Below, one piece after another: positions 1 through 13,633 of a DNA stretch of 64,000 nucleotides. The notes below the pieces were generated by a model, which saw nothing but the letters and a program-made list of their open reading frames with translations, was not told where the DNA came from and ran no database searches. The stretch lies in the NCBI GenBank assembly GCA_951406725.2, contig OX597835.1, forward strand, positions 38,626,001 to 38,690,000, in the 5' to 3' direction. Position 1 is the first letter of the stretch, and each line of letters starts with the position of its first letter. The position numbers and the translations under genes are program-made. This DNA is from Octopus vulgaris (taxonomy: Eukaryota).

Positions 1-259
1 GATTTGCATGTTTTGTTCTCCGTATACATTCCCATGTATGTAGTTGCATCCCTAGACTCGTATGTATATACTTAAATGATAAGTTTCTGGAAAATTTTAC
101 ATTTTTTCTTATTACAGTTCCAGTGATGGATTCGATCTGTAGACTTCGAATCAGCTTCTCCCTTTCTGGTTTTGAGAAGCCTAATTGCTAAAGAGTGGTA
201 TTTAGATAGCATGTTACATATCTCAGGTCCCCAATAATTACAGGTATAAACCTGAACTT

Positions 260-262
260 ATG

Positions 263-296
<34 letters not shown>

Positions 297-374
297 TGTA
301 TGTATGTATGTATGTATGTATGTATCTATGTATCTATGTATCTATGTATGTATGTATTCATGCATGTATGTATG

Positions 375-408
<34 letters not shown>

Positions 409-1314
409 TGTATGTATGTATGTATGTATGTATGTATGTATGTATGTATATATCTATGTTTGTACGTATGTATTTCTGATAAAAAAACAAAGACGCAGTT
501 TCTGTACGTAAGAGTAAAGAAAAAATTTTGGAGGATAATTATGGTGGTATGGTGGGCGGAGGGGTTCCGGTATGGGAGAAGGAGAGGTGGTGGTGGAGCT
601 GCTACTGCTGCTGGTGTTGCTGGTGTTGGTGGTGATGACGCTGATGGTTGTTGCAATGGTGGTGGCGATAGTGACGGTGGCAGTGATGGAGATGGTAATA
701 GCGTTAGCTGCCGTGGTGGTGGTGGTGATGATGGTGTTGAATTTTCCGAAAATGGTGCATAAAGAACATGGTTGTATGCAGAAGTTAGATACGAGAGACA
801 ACCCACTGAGACACTTCCGGTTTATACATTCCGTTTTAGAATTTCTATTTGATTATATTGTGAGGGTATGTCTGTTAGTGTGTATATGTGTGTGTGTGTG
901 TGTTTCGGTCGTTTTCATTCTATGTATGTATGTATGTATGTATGTGTGTATGTATGTATGTATGTATGTATGTATGTATGTATGTATGTATGTATGTATG
1001 TGTGTATGTATGTATGTATGTATGTTTGTATGTATGTCTGTATGTATGTTTGTATGTGCGTATGTATATATACATGCATGTAGGCATGTATATAGCAATG
1101 GATGTATGTGTGTGTGTATATACATGAATATATGGATGCGTTCATGTATGTATGTATGTATGTATGCATATATATATATAAATACACACACACATGTATG
1201 TAAGTGCATATGTATAGAGAGAGGCACATATTTATGTATATTTGTATATAAATATATACACACATTCATACATATCACAATGATGGTATGTGGATTTGTA
1301 TATATATATATATA

Positions 1315-1350
<36 letters not shown>

Positions 1351-1370
1351 CACGTACACCCAAATCCACA

Positions 1371-1402
<32 letters not shown>

Positions 1403-1525
1403 AATATACACACACACACATACGTAGATACATACATACATGCATACATGCATGCAAACATACATACATACATACATACATACATACATACATACATACA
1501 TACATACATACATACATACATACAC
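260..1525. repeat. (TATG)n/(CATA)n, (TG)n and (TA)n compound microsatellites
   Basis: Directly visible. Confidence 0.95.
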
Positions 1526-1756
1526 CCACATGGCAAACTGTGTGCGTGTTGAATATTTCTGTTAAAAATAATATTCACCAATGAATTTCCGCTTGGAGAA
1601 ACTTCCGTTTCCATCATTTCTATTTTTACTGAAATGTCTGTTCCAGCAATTTTCTATCCCAGAAGCCACACTTAGAGGTCAATAATTAGGTGTTCGGCGA
1701 AGTTAAATATATTCTTCACCGAAATACACATTCTTCTTTTGTCCAGAATTTAAGCA

Positions 1757-1856
<100 letters not shown>

Positions 1857-1970
1857 TATATCTATATATATATAGATAGATAGATAGATATACATATACA
1901 TATATATACTCACACGCATACACATACTGATACAAACACTCGTGCGCACAAACAATATTATACGTGTATG

Positions 1971-2011
<41 letters not shown>

Positions 2012-2221
2012 GTACATATATACAAATATACATACATATACATATATATATATATATATATGCTAAGGATAATTTTTTATTAAAAAAATCTTATCACTGG
2101 CCCCCAGCATATGAAAAATACCTTTTAAGGGGAAAACTAAAAAAATAATTATAAATAAGGGCATGCATGTATATATGTGTGCATGTATATATGTATGTAT
2201 GTATGTATGTATATATGTATG

Positions 2222-2252
<31 letters not shown>

Positions 2253-2371
2253 ATATATATATGTATACATCTATATATACGCACATAGACACTCATACAT
2301 ATACATATGTACATATAAGCATATCATATAAATTGACATAATACACATAAATACACATACACACAAGCATA

Positions 2372-2466
<95 letters not shown>

Positions 2467-2491
2467 ATTATTATTATTATTATTATTATTA

Positions 2492-2642
2492 TATTAGGGA
2501 GTATAACTCCAAACTTACAGGGAAAAATTCAATTTAGTATTAAATCAAATTTCACAATATAAATATATAAAATATAAATTAGAGATAAAACCACTATCAT
2601 GTCTATCACTGTTTCAGTTGCATAATAGTGGTTTTATTTCTA

Positions 2643-2650
<8 letters not shown>
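2492..2650 (-). mobile_element. 3' terminal fragment of the same family as the 61.2-61.8 kb hammerhead island, with a short inverted duplication
   Basis: 2492-2590 is reverse-complementary to about 61715-61815 (gtgaaatttgattta..ctaaattgaattttt(t)ccctgtaagtt). Inverted arms are ataaattagagataaaaccactat / atagtggttttatttctaatttat. It is flanked by (ATT)n and (TA)n. Confidence 0.6.
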
Positions 2651-2673
<23 letters not shown>

Positions 2674-3021
2674 ACTGTCACTTATGCGGATCCGACGTCC
2701 GAGATTAATCCGAGAAAAATTCATATTTAGGCATTGGCCACATTTCCCATTGTCCCTTCTCTTTTTCCAGGAACAATATTTTGTCCTTTCCTCCCCGGTC
2801 ATTTAGCTTGAAAATATTTTTCAAACAGTTTTTCGTTTTTATAAAAAATATGTTGTTTGTAACTGTTTTTAGCCTCAAAATTTCTCCGAATTCTGCCAAA
2901 CACTTTTGAAGTGTTTCTCCACTCTCTCTCTCACTCTCCCTCTTCCTCTTTCTCTCTCTCTCTCTCTCTTCCTCTCTCTCTATCCCTATTTCTTCCTCTC
3001 CCTCTCTGTCCATATCTTTTC

Positions 3022-3077
<56 letters not shown>

Positions 3078-3762
3078 CTCACACTCTCTCTTTCTCCATC
3101 TTTCTCTTTCTCCATCTTTCTCTTTCTCCCTCTCTCTCTCTTTCTCCCTCTCTCTGTCTCTCTGTCTGTCTCTCTCTATCTCTCTTTTCCAGTGACCGGT
3201 ATTTCTCCTCTCTTTCTTTCTCTCTCTCTCTCCCTGTCTGTTCGTCTGTCTGTCTGTCTCTCTCCCCTCGCATGTCAATCTTTCTCTCACTTCCCCCCTC
3301 TCTCTCTCCTCCCCCGCTTTCCTCCCTCTCCCCCTCTCCCTTTCTCTCTGCAAAATGGGAAAATACTAGCAGATGTTTTGATGTTTTGCACAGGCGTTAC
3401 CTTAGAACTATAACATAGAATTCCTTGGCGCTGACGTATCGAGGACGAAGAAGTGATGGATAAGGGGAGGATTCAGTAACCTCCAAGGTACCATCACTTA
3501 AAGACAATGATAAATGCCCGGTCAGGAGCTAAGTATGACCCACGACGAGAGTAGTGGGAACTCTCTCGAGTGGAGGTCAGTTACGGAAACTAGGACATGA
3601 AGTAGATCTGTCATGATTTAGTTAAGTGTTTTGACAGAATTCTTGGAAATTGTGGGTCTGACCTGGGGGCAAACTTATGACAGGGCTTGCAGCCAAACTG
3701 AGTGGAGTTCTCTCGCTAATCGATGTGGCACGGGGAGAGAGGGAAGAACTAAGACTAACACA

Positions 3763-3837
<75 letters not shown>

Positions 3838-4034
3838 ACAAACACACAGACGCATATATATAAGGATATATTTATTAATCAATGTTATTTCAACATAGTC
3901 TGATATTCCCGTTTTACTATTTACAATTTTTATAACTTTACAATATTATAATAATATATATTTATTGTGATATAACTAGTATTTTCATGCATACACACAC
4001 ACATAAGCATATACACTTACACAAATATATATGA

Positions 4035-4063
<29 letters not shown>

Positions 4064-4067
<4 letters not shown>

Positions 4068-4390
4068 CAAAATGAGCAACAAGAATAACTTCGGTAATTT
4101 GGTATGATCGTTTCACGCTACATCATTTTATTAAATGTTGTAAATATTACAACAGTTTTAAAATGTTGAGCAATCATCAGCCAATTATAGAGGTTTTCCA
4201 TTAATACATAATTTTCATATCAGTTGATAACATTATAGAGAAGGAAAATATATAGACAAAGATGTCGATTTAAATTTTAAGAACATTAAGGTAGTAGAGC
4301 TTATCAACTGACTGAAGAATAACATCATACAAAATTCTGGTGCATCTAACTTAAGTACCATATTCATTTGAATCTAAATTTTGCTGAACT

Positions 4391-4391
<1 letters not shown>
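4064..4391 (-). mobile_element. Non-coding hammerhead-bearing island in (TA)n, probable Penelope-like element terminus
   Basis: About 330 bp of unique sequence bounded on both sides by (TA)n, with the hammerhead about 35 nt from its 3' end. Confidence 0.55.
4099..4184 (-). ncRNA. Type-I hammerhead ribozyme motif (Penelope-like type), long stem II
   Basis: Minus strand reads UUGG-CUGAUGA-[59-nt hairpin with CAUUUUA/UAAAAUG and UGUUGUAA/UUACAACA]-GAAA-CGAUCAU-A-CCAA. The core is canonical, stem I is UUGG/CCAA, and stem III is one substitution from the palindrome ACGAUCGU. Confidence 0.75.
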
Positions 4392-4435
<44 letters not shown>

Positions 4436-4678
4436 TCACATGCTCATGCACGTATATATAAATATGTGAGGGACATAACCTCTTTACTAATAACAAATAA
4501 ATATGTATACATACATATATGTTTATATATACATCTACCCATATCCATTTAGACGCACACAAAAATATATACATTCATGGACAGACGCGTATACGCACCC
4601 ATTTGGAGATTAATACACGCATACAAAGATCTATACACGCATACACACACACACACACACAAGCACACACAATATCTG

Positions 4679-4709
<31 letters not shown>

Positions 4710-4724
4710 GTCTGTCTGTATGTT

Positions 4725-4758
<34 letters not shown>

Positions 4759-4766
4759 TTTATCTA

Positions 4767-4815
<49 letters not shown>

Positions 4816-6205
4816 ATATCTATCTATCTATCTCTTTGTAATATTCACCACACTAACTCAATCCTTGACAATTATTATAAACTAATAACAAAGTAAATGA
4901 AATAAATAAATAAATTCTGAAACAAAGAATGTAAGAAATGAGAATTACTTTGAACCGTTTCCTACATTCCCAAATTTCATGTTTCTCGCGTAACTTTAAA
5001 GATGGGCCACCCGATGCATGCGATACGTTCAATGATAATATGGCTGCCGTTGAAAGCTTTTAACCGTCATCCGTTTTTTCCTTTCAAATTAACTGATGCG
5101 AACACTCCAATAGACAAAGCTGTCTTTAGTCACCTGTTTGTTATCATGGTTACACGCACTTGCTCCAGTCCCCATACACACTGACATACATACATGAATG
5201 TATACATATATACACGCATGCATACAAACGTATATATATGGCACACACACACACGTATATATACATACACGCACACACATACATGCATATATGCATACAT
5301 AGAAACATACATACATACGCATACATACATACATACATGCATACATACATACATACATGCATACATACATACAAACATACATACATACAAACACGTACGT
5401 ACGTACATACATACATACATACAGACATGCATACATACATGCATGCATGCATGCATACATACATACATACATACATACATACATACATACATACATACAT
5501 ACATACATACGTACGTACGTACGTACGTACATACATACATACATACATACATACATACGTAGGTACGTACGTACGTACGTACATACATACATACATACAT
5601 ACATACATACATACATCCCTTGTATGTACGTACATACATAAAAGGTGCAAGCGTAGTTGTGTTGCTGAGAAGTTCGCTTTGCAACCATGTGCTTTCGAAG
5701 CAGCGTGGATAAGAAATAGCGTTGCTAATCTTAAATAATCTGGTCTGATGACAATCGGAGATTAAACCGATCGAATCGTCTACATTATTTCTCATGAAAT
5801 ACACTACCTTAATTTCAATATCTTTTAAAACAATTAAAAATTTAGTAAAATAGTTCGTCATTATTTACCTGGCATCTAGAACAGAAATACACCTGAAATT
5901 TTGATAGAATACTTTCATGGATATCTTTTTAAGATGTTTGATTATAAGTGAAGATTTCAACAGAGTATGCATGTGGTTGTGTAGTTATAATGATCACATC
6001 TCATCTATGCAGTTTCGAGTTCGCTTCCCATTCCTTTACGCTCAACTGCCTCTTAGGCCGGATCGATCGAAACCACGTGAGTGAAATCTGGTTGTTGGAA
6101 ATCTTGGAAATCTTGTTTAGTAATCTTTGCTTAATCAATCAATAAAAAGGAACACTACATCAATATTCAACAGGTACTTCGTTCTATCTTCGTAATCTAA
6201 TACAG

Positions 6206-6690
6206 TTTCAAATTTTGGCACAAGGCCAGCAATTTCAAAGAAGGGATTAAGTCGATTACATCAACCCCAGAACTCAACTGGCACTTATTTTATTAACCCC
6301 GAAATGATAAAATGCAAAGTCGACCTCAGCGGGATTTGAAATCAGACTGTAACGAAAGACAAAATACCTATTTCGTTATTGCCCACAAGGAGCTAAACAT
6401 AGAGGGAACAAACAAGGACTGACAAAGGGACAAAGTCGATTACATCGACCCAAGTGTGTAACTGGTACTTATTTAATCGACCCCGAAAGGATGAAAGGCA
6501 ACGTCGACCTCGGCGGAATTTGAACTCAGAACGTAGCGACAGACAAAATACCACGAAGTATTTTTCCCGGCGTGCTAACGATTCAGCCAGCTCGCCACCA
6601 AATAAGTACCAGTTGAGCATCGGGTTGATGTAATCGACTTGCCCCTTCCCTCGTAACTGCTGGCTCTGTGCCAAAACATGAAACCAGTAT
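6206..6690 (-). mobile_element. SINE family B dimer (minus) plus an inverted 3' fragment
   Basis: Two units containing the reverse complement of gagttcaaattccgccgaggtcgactttgcctttcatcctttcggggtcga. The head ends near 6597 and a plus-strand tail fragment occupies 6600-6690. Confidence 0.8.
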
Positions 6691-6840
6691 GAATGCTACA
6701 TCAATACCACAGCACACTGTAGAACGGGATGTCACGAACTTGCAAGGAAGCTTTTACTCCTTTACATGACATACGCAAGTAAAAGAAATATTTTGTGCAT
6801 CGTAGAAGAGTAATCCGCACTTAACATTTAACAACAAAAT

Positions 6841-7273
6841 TGAATCTTTTCGGTTTGAACGGCAGTTTTTCTAGCGGTGTCATATGAAATTGTCACCCAT
6901 ATTTATGACCCTAGTATCGATCTATTGCATTTCAATCTGTTTTAGGGTTAGAGTTAGTTAGGGTTAGGATTAGGGGTGGGGGAAGGGTATCTTTTTTCTT
7001 CACAAATGTAAATAAACCCAATCTGTTTCTTAAACGAGGGACATATTCATACGGCACAGAATGTTTTTCACCTCAATAGACGTCAGTGATGGTTGAAATT
7101 GCAGAAATTGTAGAAAACAAAACAACAAATATCTTACAAACTATAGAATTTTCTCAATAAAGCCAAGAGAAAAATATGTTTTATTAACACATTCTACCAG
7201 TATACGAAGTTTAAAAGTGTTTAGTTACGTGGAAATTATTTTAAAAAACTGCCGTTCAAACCGAAAAGATCCA
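6841..7273. mobile_element. MITE with about 30-bp TIRs, 6-bp TSD and internal TTAGGG-like repeats
   Basis: TIRs tgaatcttttcggtttgaacggcagttttt / aaaaactgccgttcaaaccgaaaagatcca, TSD CAAAAT at 6835-6840 and 7274-7279, internal tttagggttagagttagttagggttaggattagggg. Confidence 0.85.
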
Positions 7274-7878
7274 CAAAATCTCATGTGGACTCCTTCCCCC
7301 ATCCCCAAAGGGCCATATGGACCCCGATTGTGAACCACAGCATTAGATAGCGTAACCCTGGCCTCCTGAATGCAGGTGTCTGAATAAAATACGAAATGAT
7401 CCAAACTGGGAAGCTTTGACGTTAGATGTGCTCAAACCAGGCTGACCTGGGGCTAAACAACAACACGAACGCGATATGTCGTAGCTTGAATACCTTTGAT
7501 CTGAGGGTAAAGCCGGGTTTAATCAACAACGGTAACGACTACAACTACAACAACAACAAAAAGGATAGATCACAGCTGGAATACCTTTGATCTCAGGGTT
7601 GAGCCGGGCTTAACGTACATACATAAAAAGTTAAACCTCAAAGAAAATATACATACATAATTACATACATATATGTATGTGCGCGTGTATTGGATACAAT
7701 TATACCTACATATCTATCTACGCCTCTCTGTCTCTGTCTCTGTCTCTCTCTTTCTCAGTATATATATATATATATACATATATGTGTGTGTATATATGAA
7801 TATATATGAATGTATAAACGCATACTCGCTCACATATATATATATGTGGCTATATACATACATACATACATACATACA

Positions 7879-7914
<36 letters not shown>

Positions 7915-8174
7915 TATATACGTATATGCTTGTGTATATTTATATATATATATAAATATATGAATGTATATACGCGTACTCACCCACATATAATATGTGG
8001 CTACATATATATACATATATATATATATATATACGTATATGTTTGTGTGTGTGTATATATATATATATGAATATATATGAATATATATATATAAATATAT
8101 GTATGTATGTAGCCACATATATATGTGGGTGAGTCGCATATATTCATTCATATATATTCATATATATTTATATC

Positions 8175-8208
<34 letters not shown>

Positions 8209-8864
8209 AACATATACGTATATATATATACATATGTGTGTGTGTATGTGTAGCCACATATATATGTGTGGGTGAGTACGCGTATATACATTCATATATA
8301 TATATAAATTATACGTGTATAAAATAATTATGCGTATACGTGTTTGTACACACGCGTACCACATATATTGCACATATAAATTCATATAAATACTTATAAA
8401 AATCATACTTATATATATATATATAGTTATGGGTGCATATACATAGACGCATACGCATACATATTAAGGCACACACACACGACTCCATATCTATACCTAC
8501 ACAAAATTCTAAAACACACGTAAAAAATGTCTACCTCCACCCCATTACCACTCCCTCTCCCTCTCTCCCTCTCCTTCGCTCTCTCCCCTCTCGCCTCTCC
8601 TTCTGTCCCTCCCTACACGGATCATTGAATATTTAGCACAAGATGAGTTAGTCATTCGCTCAATTCATTCACTGAGCTGCTCCAGATGTACATTATTTAG
8701 AAGTTTTTTTTATGAATGAGATAATGATAAAGAGGACTTAATGTGCTAACCGTACCCCCAGCACTTATCCTCTACCTCGACACCACCACCACCACCACCA
8801 ACACAACAACAGCAGCAACAACAACAAAACAACTACTACAACCACTACTTCTACCACTGCTACA

Positions 8865-8889
8865 AATAATAATAATAATAATGATGATG

Positions 8890-8963
<74 letters not shown>

Positions 8964-8986
8964 TAGAAATAATAATAATAGTAGTA

Positions 8987-9024
<38 letters not shown>

Positions 9025-9063
9025 TAATAATAAATAATAATAATAAAAATAATAATAATAATA

Positions 9064-9107
<44 letters not shown>

Positions 9108-9124
9108 GAAGAAGAAGAAGAATA

Positions 9125-9171
<47 letters not shown>

Positions 9172-9176
9172 GAATA

Positions 9177-9211
<35 letters not shown>

Positions 9212-9340
9212 TAATAAATAATAATAATAATAATAATAATAATGATGATAATGATGATAATGACGATAATAATAATAATAATGATGATGATAATGACGAT
9301 AATAATAATAATATGAAAGATGATGACGATGATGATGATG
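8865..9340. repeat. (AAT)n array
   Basis: Directly visible. Confidence 0.95.
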
Positions 9341-10133
9341 ATTTCTCTTGTTAGCCATAGGGGTGTAGAGAAGGGTGATATCACAGGGGCTGTTTACAAT
9401 TTGTCTGTGCGCGTGTGTGTTGGGGATGGCGGTGGTGGGGTGGTGGGAGTTACAAAAAAGAAACGTCGAGGTGCAAGAAATGGAAAAGACGGTAAAATGA
9501 GATGAAGGTAATAAAGAAGAGTAAGGAGGAGGAGGAGGAGAAGAAGAAGAAGAAGAAGAAGAAGAAGAAGAAGAAGAAGAAGAAGAAGAAGAAGAAGAAG
9601 AAGAAGAAGAAGAGGAGGTGAAATTACAATTGAAAGAAGACTCAATAACAGTTAATAATAATCATGATGATGACGATGACGACGATGACGATGACGATGA
9701 CGATGATAATGACGATGATGATGATGATGATTATGATGGCGTCGATAATGATAATAATCACACGCACGCACACAGACAGACACACACGTACGCACACACC
9801 TATTTTACTGCCACTGCCACACGGAGGCCACGCAAAGGATTATGGGTATGGCAGCGACAAAATCTAGGCTAATGGAAGACATATCTTGTGCGCTGTGAGT
9901 GTTTATGGGTGTGTATGTGCGTGTACGTGTGCGTGTGTGCGTGTGTGAGTGCGTGTAAGATTGTGTGTGTATGTGTGTGTGTGCGTGTGTGTGTGTGCGT
10001 GTGTGTGTGTGTGGTGGTATTCACTTCCTTTGTTTATTTTTTGCTTGTCTATAAAACTGCTTAAATCAAGTATGATCTCTAGATGTGCCCGGCTGATGAT
10101 GGGTTATTGCCGTTGTAGTTATGGTTGTTGTTG

Positions 10134-10165
<32 letters not shown>

Positions 10166-10589
10166 GGTGGTGGTGGTGGAGGCGGTGGTGGATGGTGGTG
10201 GTAATGGCAGTAGTGGTGGTCATGGCGGCTCTTGCAGTGGTGGTGGTGGTTGTTGTTGTGGTACTGTTAGTAGAGGTGCTTGTTGTGGCAACGGTAACAG
10301 TAACGATAGGACTGGTTGGGAAATGGCGAGGCTACAGTTATGATTGTTGCTGTTGTAGTTGTTGTTATTGTGGTGGTGATGGTGGGGATCGTTCTCGAGT
10401 CGGCTGGTTAGAGTCGTCCCATACAAAGCACATGCACCATTAACACCGACCCACACACACACACACACACATACACACACGCCTCTCTCTCACCCCATAG
10501 ACCTGGGAATTGTGGGTAAAGAACTATGCATTAGTGAAATGGAACAAATCTTTTAAAAAGTGTAAATCAAACACGAATATTTGTTTGTT

Positions 10590-10590
10590 T

Positions 10591-10643
<53 letters not shown>

Positions 10644-11049
10644 ATAGTAGTAGGTTTAGTAGTAGTAGTAGGAGTTTTAGTAGTAGTAGTAGTAGGTTTA
10701 GTAGTAGTAGTAGTAGGAGTTTTAGTAGTAGTAGTAGTAGTAGTAGCTGTTGTTGTTGTTGTTGTTGTTGTTCCCGTTGTAGTAGTATTAGCAGTAGAAA
10801 TTCTTGCTGTTGGTGTATTTAACGTTGTTGTAGGACGAGTAAGATATAATTGTTGTTGCTGCTGCTGCAGATGTTGTGCAGTATTACTCGTTCTTTTAAT
10901 ATCTTATATTTTAGCTGACGGAATCACTTTAGTAGTGGTAGTAGTAGTAGTAGTAGTAGTAGTTGCAGTAGTAGCAGCAGTAGTAGTAGTAGTAGTAGTA
11001 GTAGTTGCAGTAGTAGCAGCAGCAGTAGTAGCAGTAGTAGTAGTGGTAA

Positions 11050-11096
<47 letters not shown>

Positions 11097-11220
11097 CAGC
11101 AGCAGCAGTAGCAGTAGCAGTAGTAGTAGTAGTAATAGTATAAGTAGTAGTAGTTGCAGTAAGTAGCAGCAGCAGTAGTAGCAGTAGTAGTAGTGGTAAT
11201 AGTAGTAGTAGTAGTAGTTG
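10590..11220. repeat. (GTA)n/(GCA)n array
   Basis: Directly visible. Confidence 0.95.
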
Positions 11221-11541
11221 TTGTTGTTGATGCTGTTGGCCGTACCGTGCACGATTCAATCCCAATTGATCGCGCGCCGAAATGCACCACCAATTATAGG
11301 TTTCAAAAACAACCAGCATCGATACCAGCATCATCAACAGCAGTAAGAACAACAACAACAGCAGTAACAACAACAACAACAACAACAGCAGCAGCAGCAG
11401 CAGTAGGTGCAATAATAGCAAACGTTACATTAGATGAAAGGTAACTTGTTTGTGTCTTCAAATTATTTCCGTAGCAGAAGACCTTTTAGCCGAATCATTA
11501 GCAGCGACGTGGCGCTATTTGCGTAAACGCTATATGTGTGC

Positions 11542-11582
<41 letters not shown>

Positions 11583-11622
11583 CATACATTTAGATATACG
11601 TATAGGTAAAAGTACGTATACG

Positions 11623-11665
<43 letters not shown>

Positions 11666-11763
11666 CATATACGTATTGGTAAACGTACGTATACGTATAT
11701 ATATATATATATATATGCATATACACACCACACACACACATACACACACACACATATATATAT

Positions 11764-11831
<68 letters not shown>

Positions 11832-12430
11832 CAAATGAGCGTGTGTGTGTGTGACTTAGGCCTTGAGGCAATATATAATTTTACACAAGATAGGTAAACA
11901 CATTACGCGAAAAAAAACTGATAAATTCGTAATTTCAAACGGAATCCCATGCTATAATTGTTCCACTCGACTTACACAGACAATTCTTCACACACACACA
12001 CGAACCCCTCCTTCATGCAGTGAACCAAGGAAGGACGATAGGGATCCTGGTGATTCTCTTGGATGTTTCTTAACAGAAACGAATGTGCCTCCCCCGGACG
12101 AGTCAATGAGGAAAGAGTCATTACCCGGTCGCCCAGGTTCTTAACTAAAGAGCGTATTTCTCTCTTAGAACACCTCTTAGAACAAATGCCATCGAGCTTT
12201 TAAAAGTAGGTCTGAAAATGCGAATAGACATGTTTGAATGGTTTTAATGCACCGCATCGCTGATTTGTGGTGGCGATTTGCAGTGAAGTGTAATTTGCGG
12301 TTCCATTACCACTTTGAAGCACATTTAATACTCAATTGTATTTATAACAGTTAGTGGAAAGTGGAAGTATCGTATCATGTTACGTAACGACATTTTGCGA
12401 CTGACAGTATATATATATATATATATATAT

Positions 12431-12656
12431 TTCTTTACTACCCACAAGGGGCTAAACACAGAGGGGACAAACAAGGACAGACAAACGGATTATGTCGATT
12501 ATATCGACCTCAGTGCGTAACTGGTACTTAATTTATCGACCCTGAAAGGATGAAAGGCAAAGTCGACCTCGGCGGAATTTGAACTCAGAAGGTAACGGCA
12601 GACGAAATACGGCTAAGCATTTCACCCGGCGTGCTAACGTTTTTGCCAGCTCGCCA
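12431..12656 (-). mobile_element. SINE family B monomer
   Basis: Complete head-to-tail copy on the minus strand, with its tail against (TA)n. Confidence 0.85.
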
Positions 12657-12745
12657 TGTATGTATATGTATACATGTTTATATATATATACAGGCATGCA
12701 TACATGCATACATACATACACACACGCTCATACGTACATACTTAC

Positions 12746-12800
<55 letters not shown>

Positions 12801-12804
<4 letters not shown>

Positions 12805-13069
12805 TAAAAACGGTAAGATAACAAAAGAAAGAAAGAGACCTCAATATTATGTAAATAGAGTAAATTTATCTGTAAATTAATATGTTACCATTATTCAATA
12901 GTCAAGATAAAACTCTGAGTTTCAGATACCGAAGTGGAAATCCACAACACCATCTCTTCGGTTTGGCCAGATAACCGAAGAGATGGTGTTGTGGATTTCC
13001 ACTTCGGTATCTGAAACTCAGAGTTTTATCTTGACTATTGAATAATGGTAACATATTAATTTACAGATA
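12801..13069. mobile_element. Palindromic hammerhead-bearing element in (TA)n
   Basis: Perfect inverted repeat of about 98-bp arms (12866-12963 / 12973-13069) around a spacer of about 9 nt. The left arm continues to a T-rich terminus at 12801. Confidence 0.75.
12969..13031 (+). ncRNA. Hammerhead ribozyme variant (CCGAAGA core)
   Basis: AGAUAA-CCGAAGA-[GAUGGUGUUGUGGAUUUCCACUUCGGUAUC hairpin]-U-GAAA-CUCAGAGU-U-UUAUCU. Stem I is 6 bp, stem III is ACU/AGU and the cleavage triplet is GUU. The minus-strand mirror copy keeps only 2 bp of stem I. Confidence 0.65.
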
Positions 13070-13185
13070 TACATATATATATATATTCAGTAAAAGTTGA
13101 GAAAATGGGCAGATGGTAAAGATGTAAATTAATTTATTAACATAGTTCCAAGGTAGTAAAAACTGAATGCAAATGAATTATTAAT

Positions 13186-13309
13186 AAACCTACGTACATT
13201 TCGATTCCCCCTTATAGAAAAATGCATAATTTCAAGAATTAGATTAAATCCAATGTTGAGAATTAATGGTCATTTTGAATAATATAGGATGGAATCTCTT
13301 CAGGGATTT
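13186..13309 (-). ncRNA. Hammerhead ribozyme motif with 94-nt stem II
   Basis: Minus strand reads AAAUCC-CUGAAGA-GAUUCC..(long hairpin)..GGAAUC-GAAA-UGUACGU-A-GGUUU. The core is canonical, the triplet is GUA and stem III is near-palindromic. Confidence 0.75.
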
Positions 13310-13497
13310 TTTGTTTTTCTTTTCAATAATAGAGTTTACATGATTATGAAAGAGATTAAGTTTGAAAAAATTGTTGAATAATACTTATAATAATCTCATA
13401 CATATCGTTTAGAAATCCCTCGAACGAGTTGTGAATTGAAATTTTGGGGCATATTAATCCCTTATAAGGATAAGACGTCCTCGAATTGATTATATGT

Positions 13498-13534
<37 letters not shown>

Positions 13535-13539
13535 GATGG

Positions 13540-13579
<40 letters not shown>

Positions 13580-13633
13580 AAATATATATGTAAATATATA
13601 CTTTATTTAAAAGCAGCAGAAATTTAACAAAAG

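Noticed and set aside
3536-3579. Imperfect hairpin tgacccac..gagagt/actctc..gtggaggtca
   Set aside because: No recognisable RNA family motif, and it could arise by chance.
5741-5784. Hammerhead-like CTGATGA..atcgg/ccgat..GAATCGTC
   Set aside because: It has GAAT instead of GAAA and no stem I pairing.
6941-6988. Interstitial telomere
   Set aside because: Only a few degenerate TTAGGG units, lying inside a MITE.
12090-12125. cggacgagtcaatgaggaaagagtc, resembling a hammerhead core
   Set aside because: The core is altered, stem II does not close and stem I is absent.
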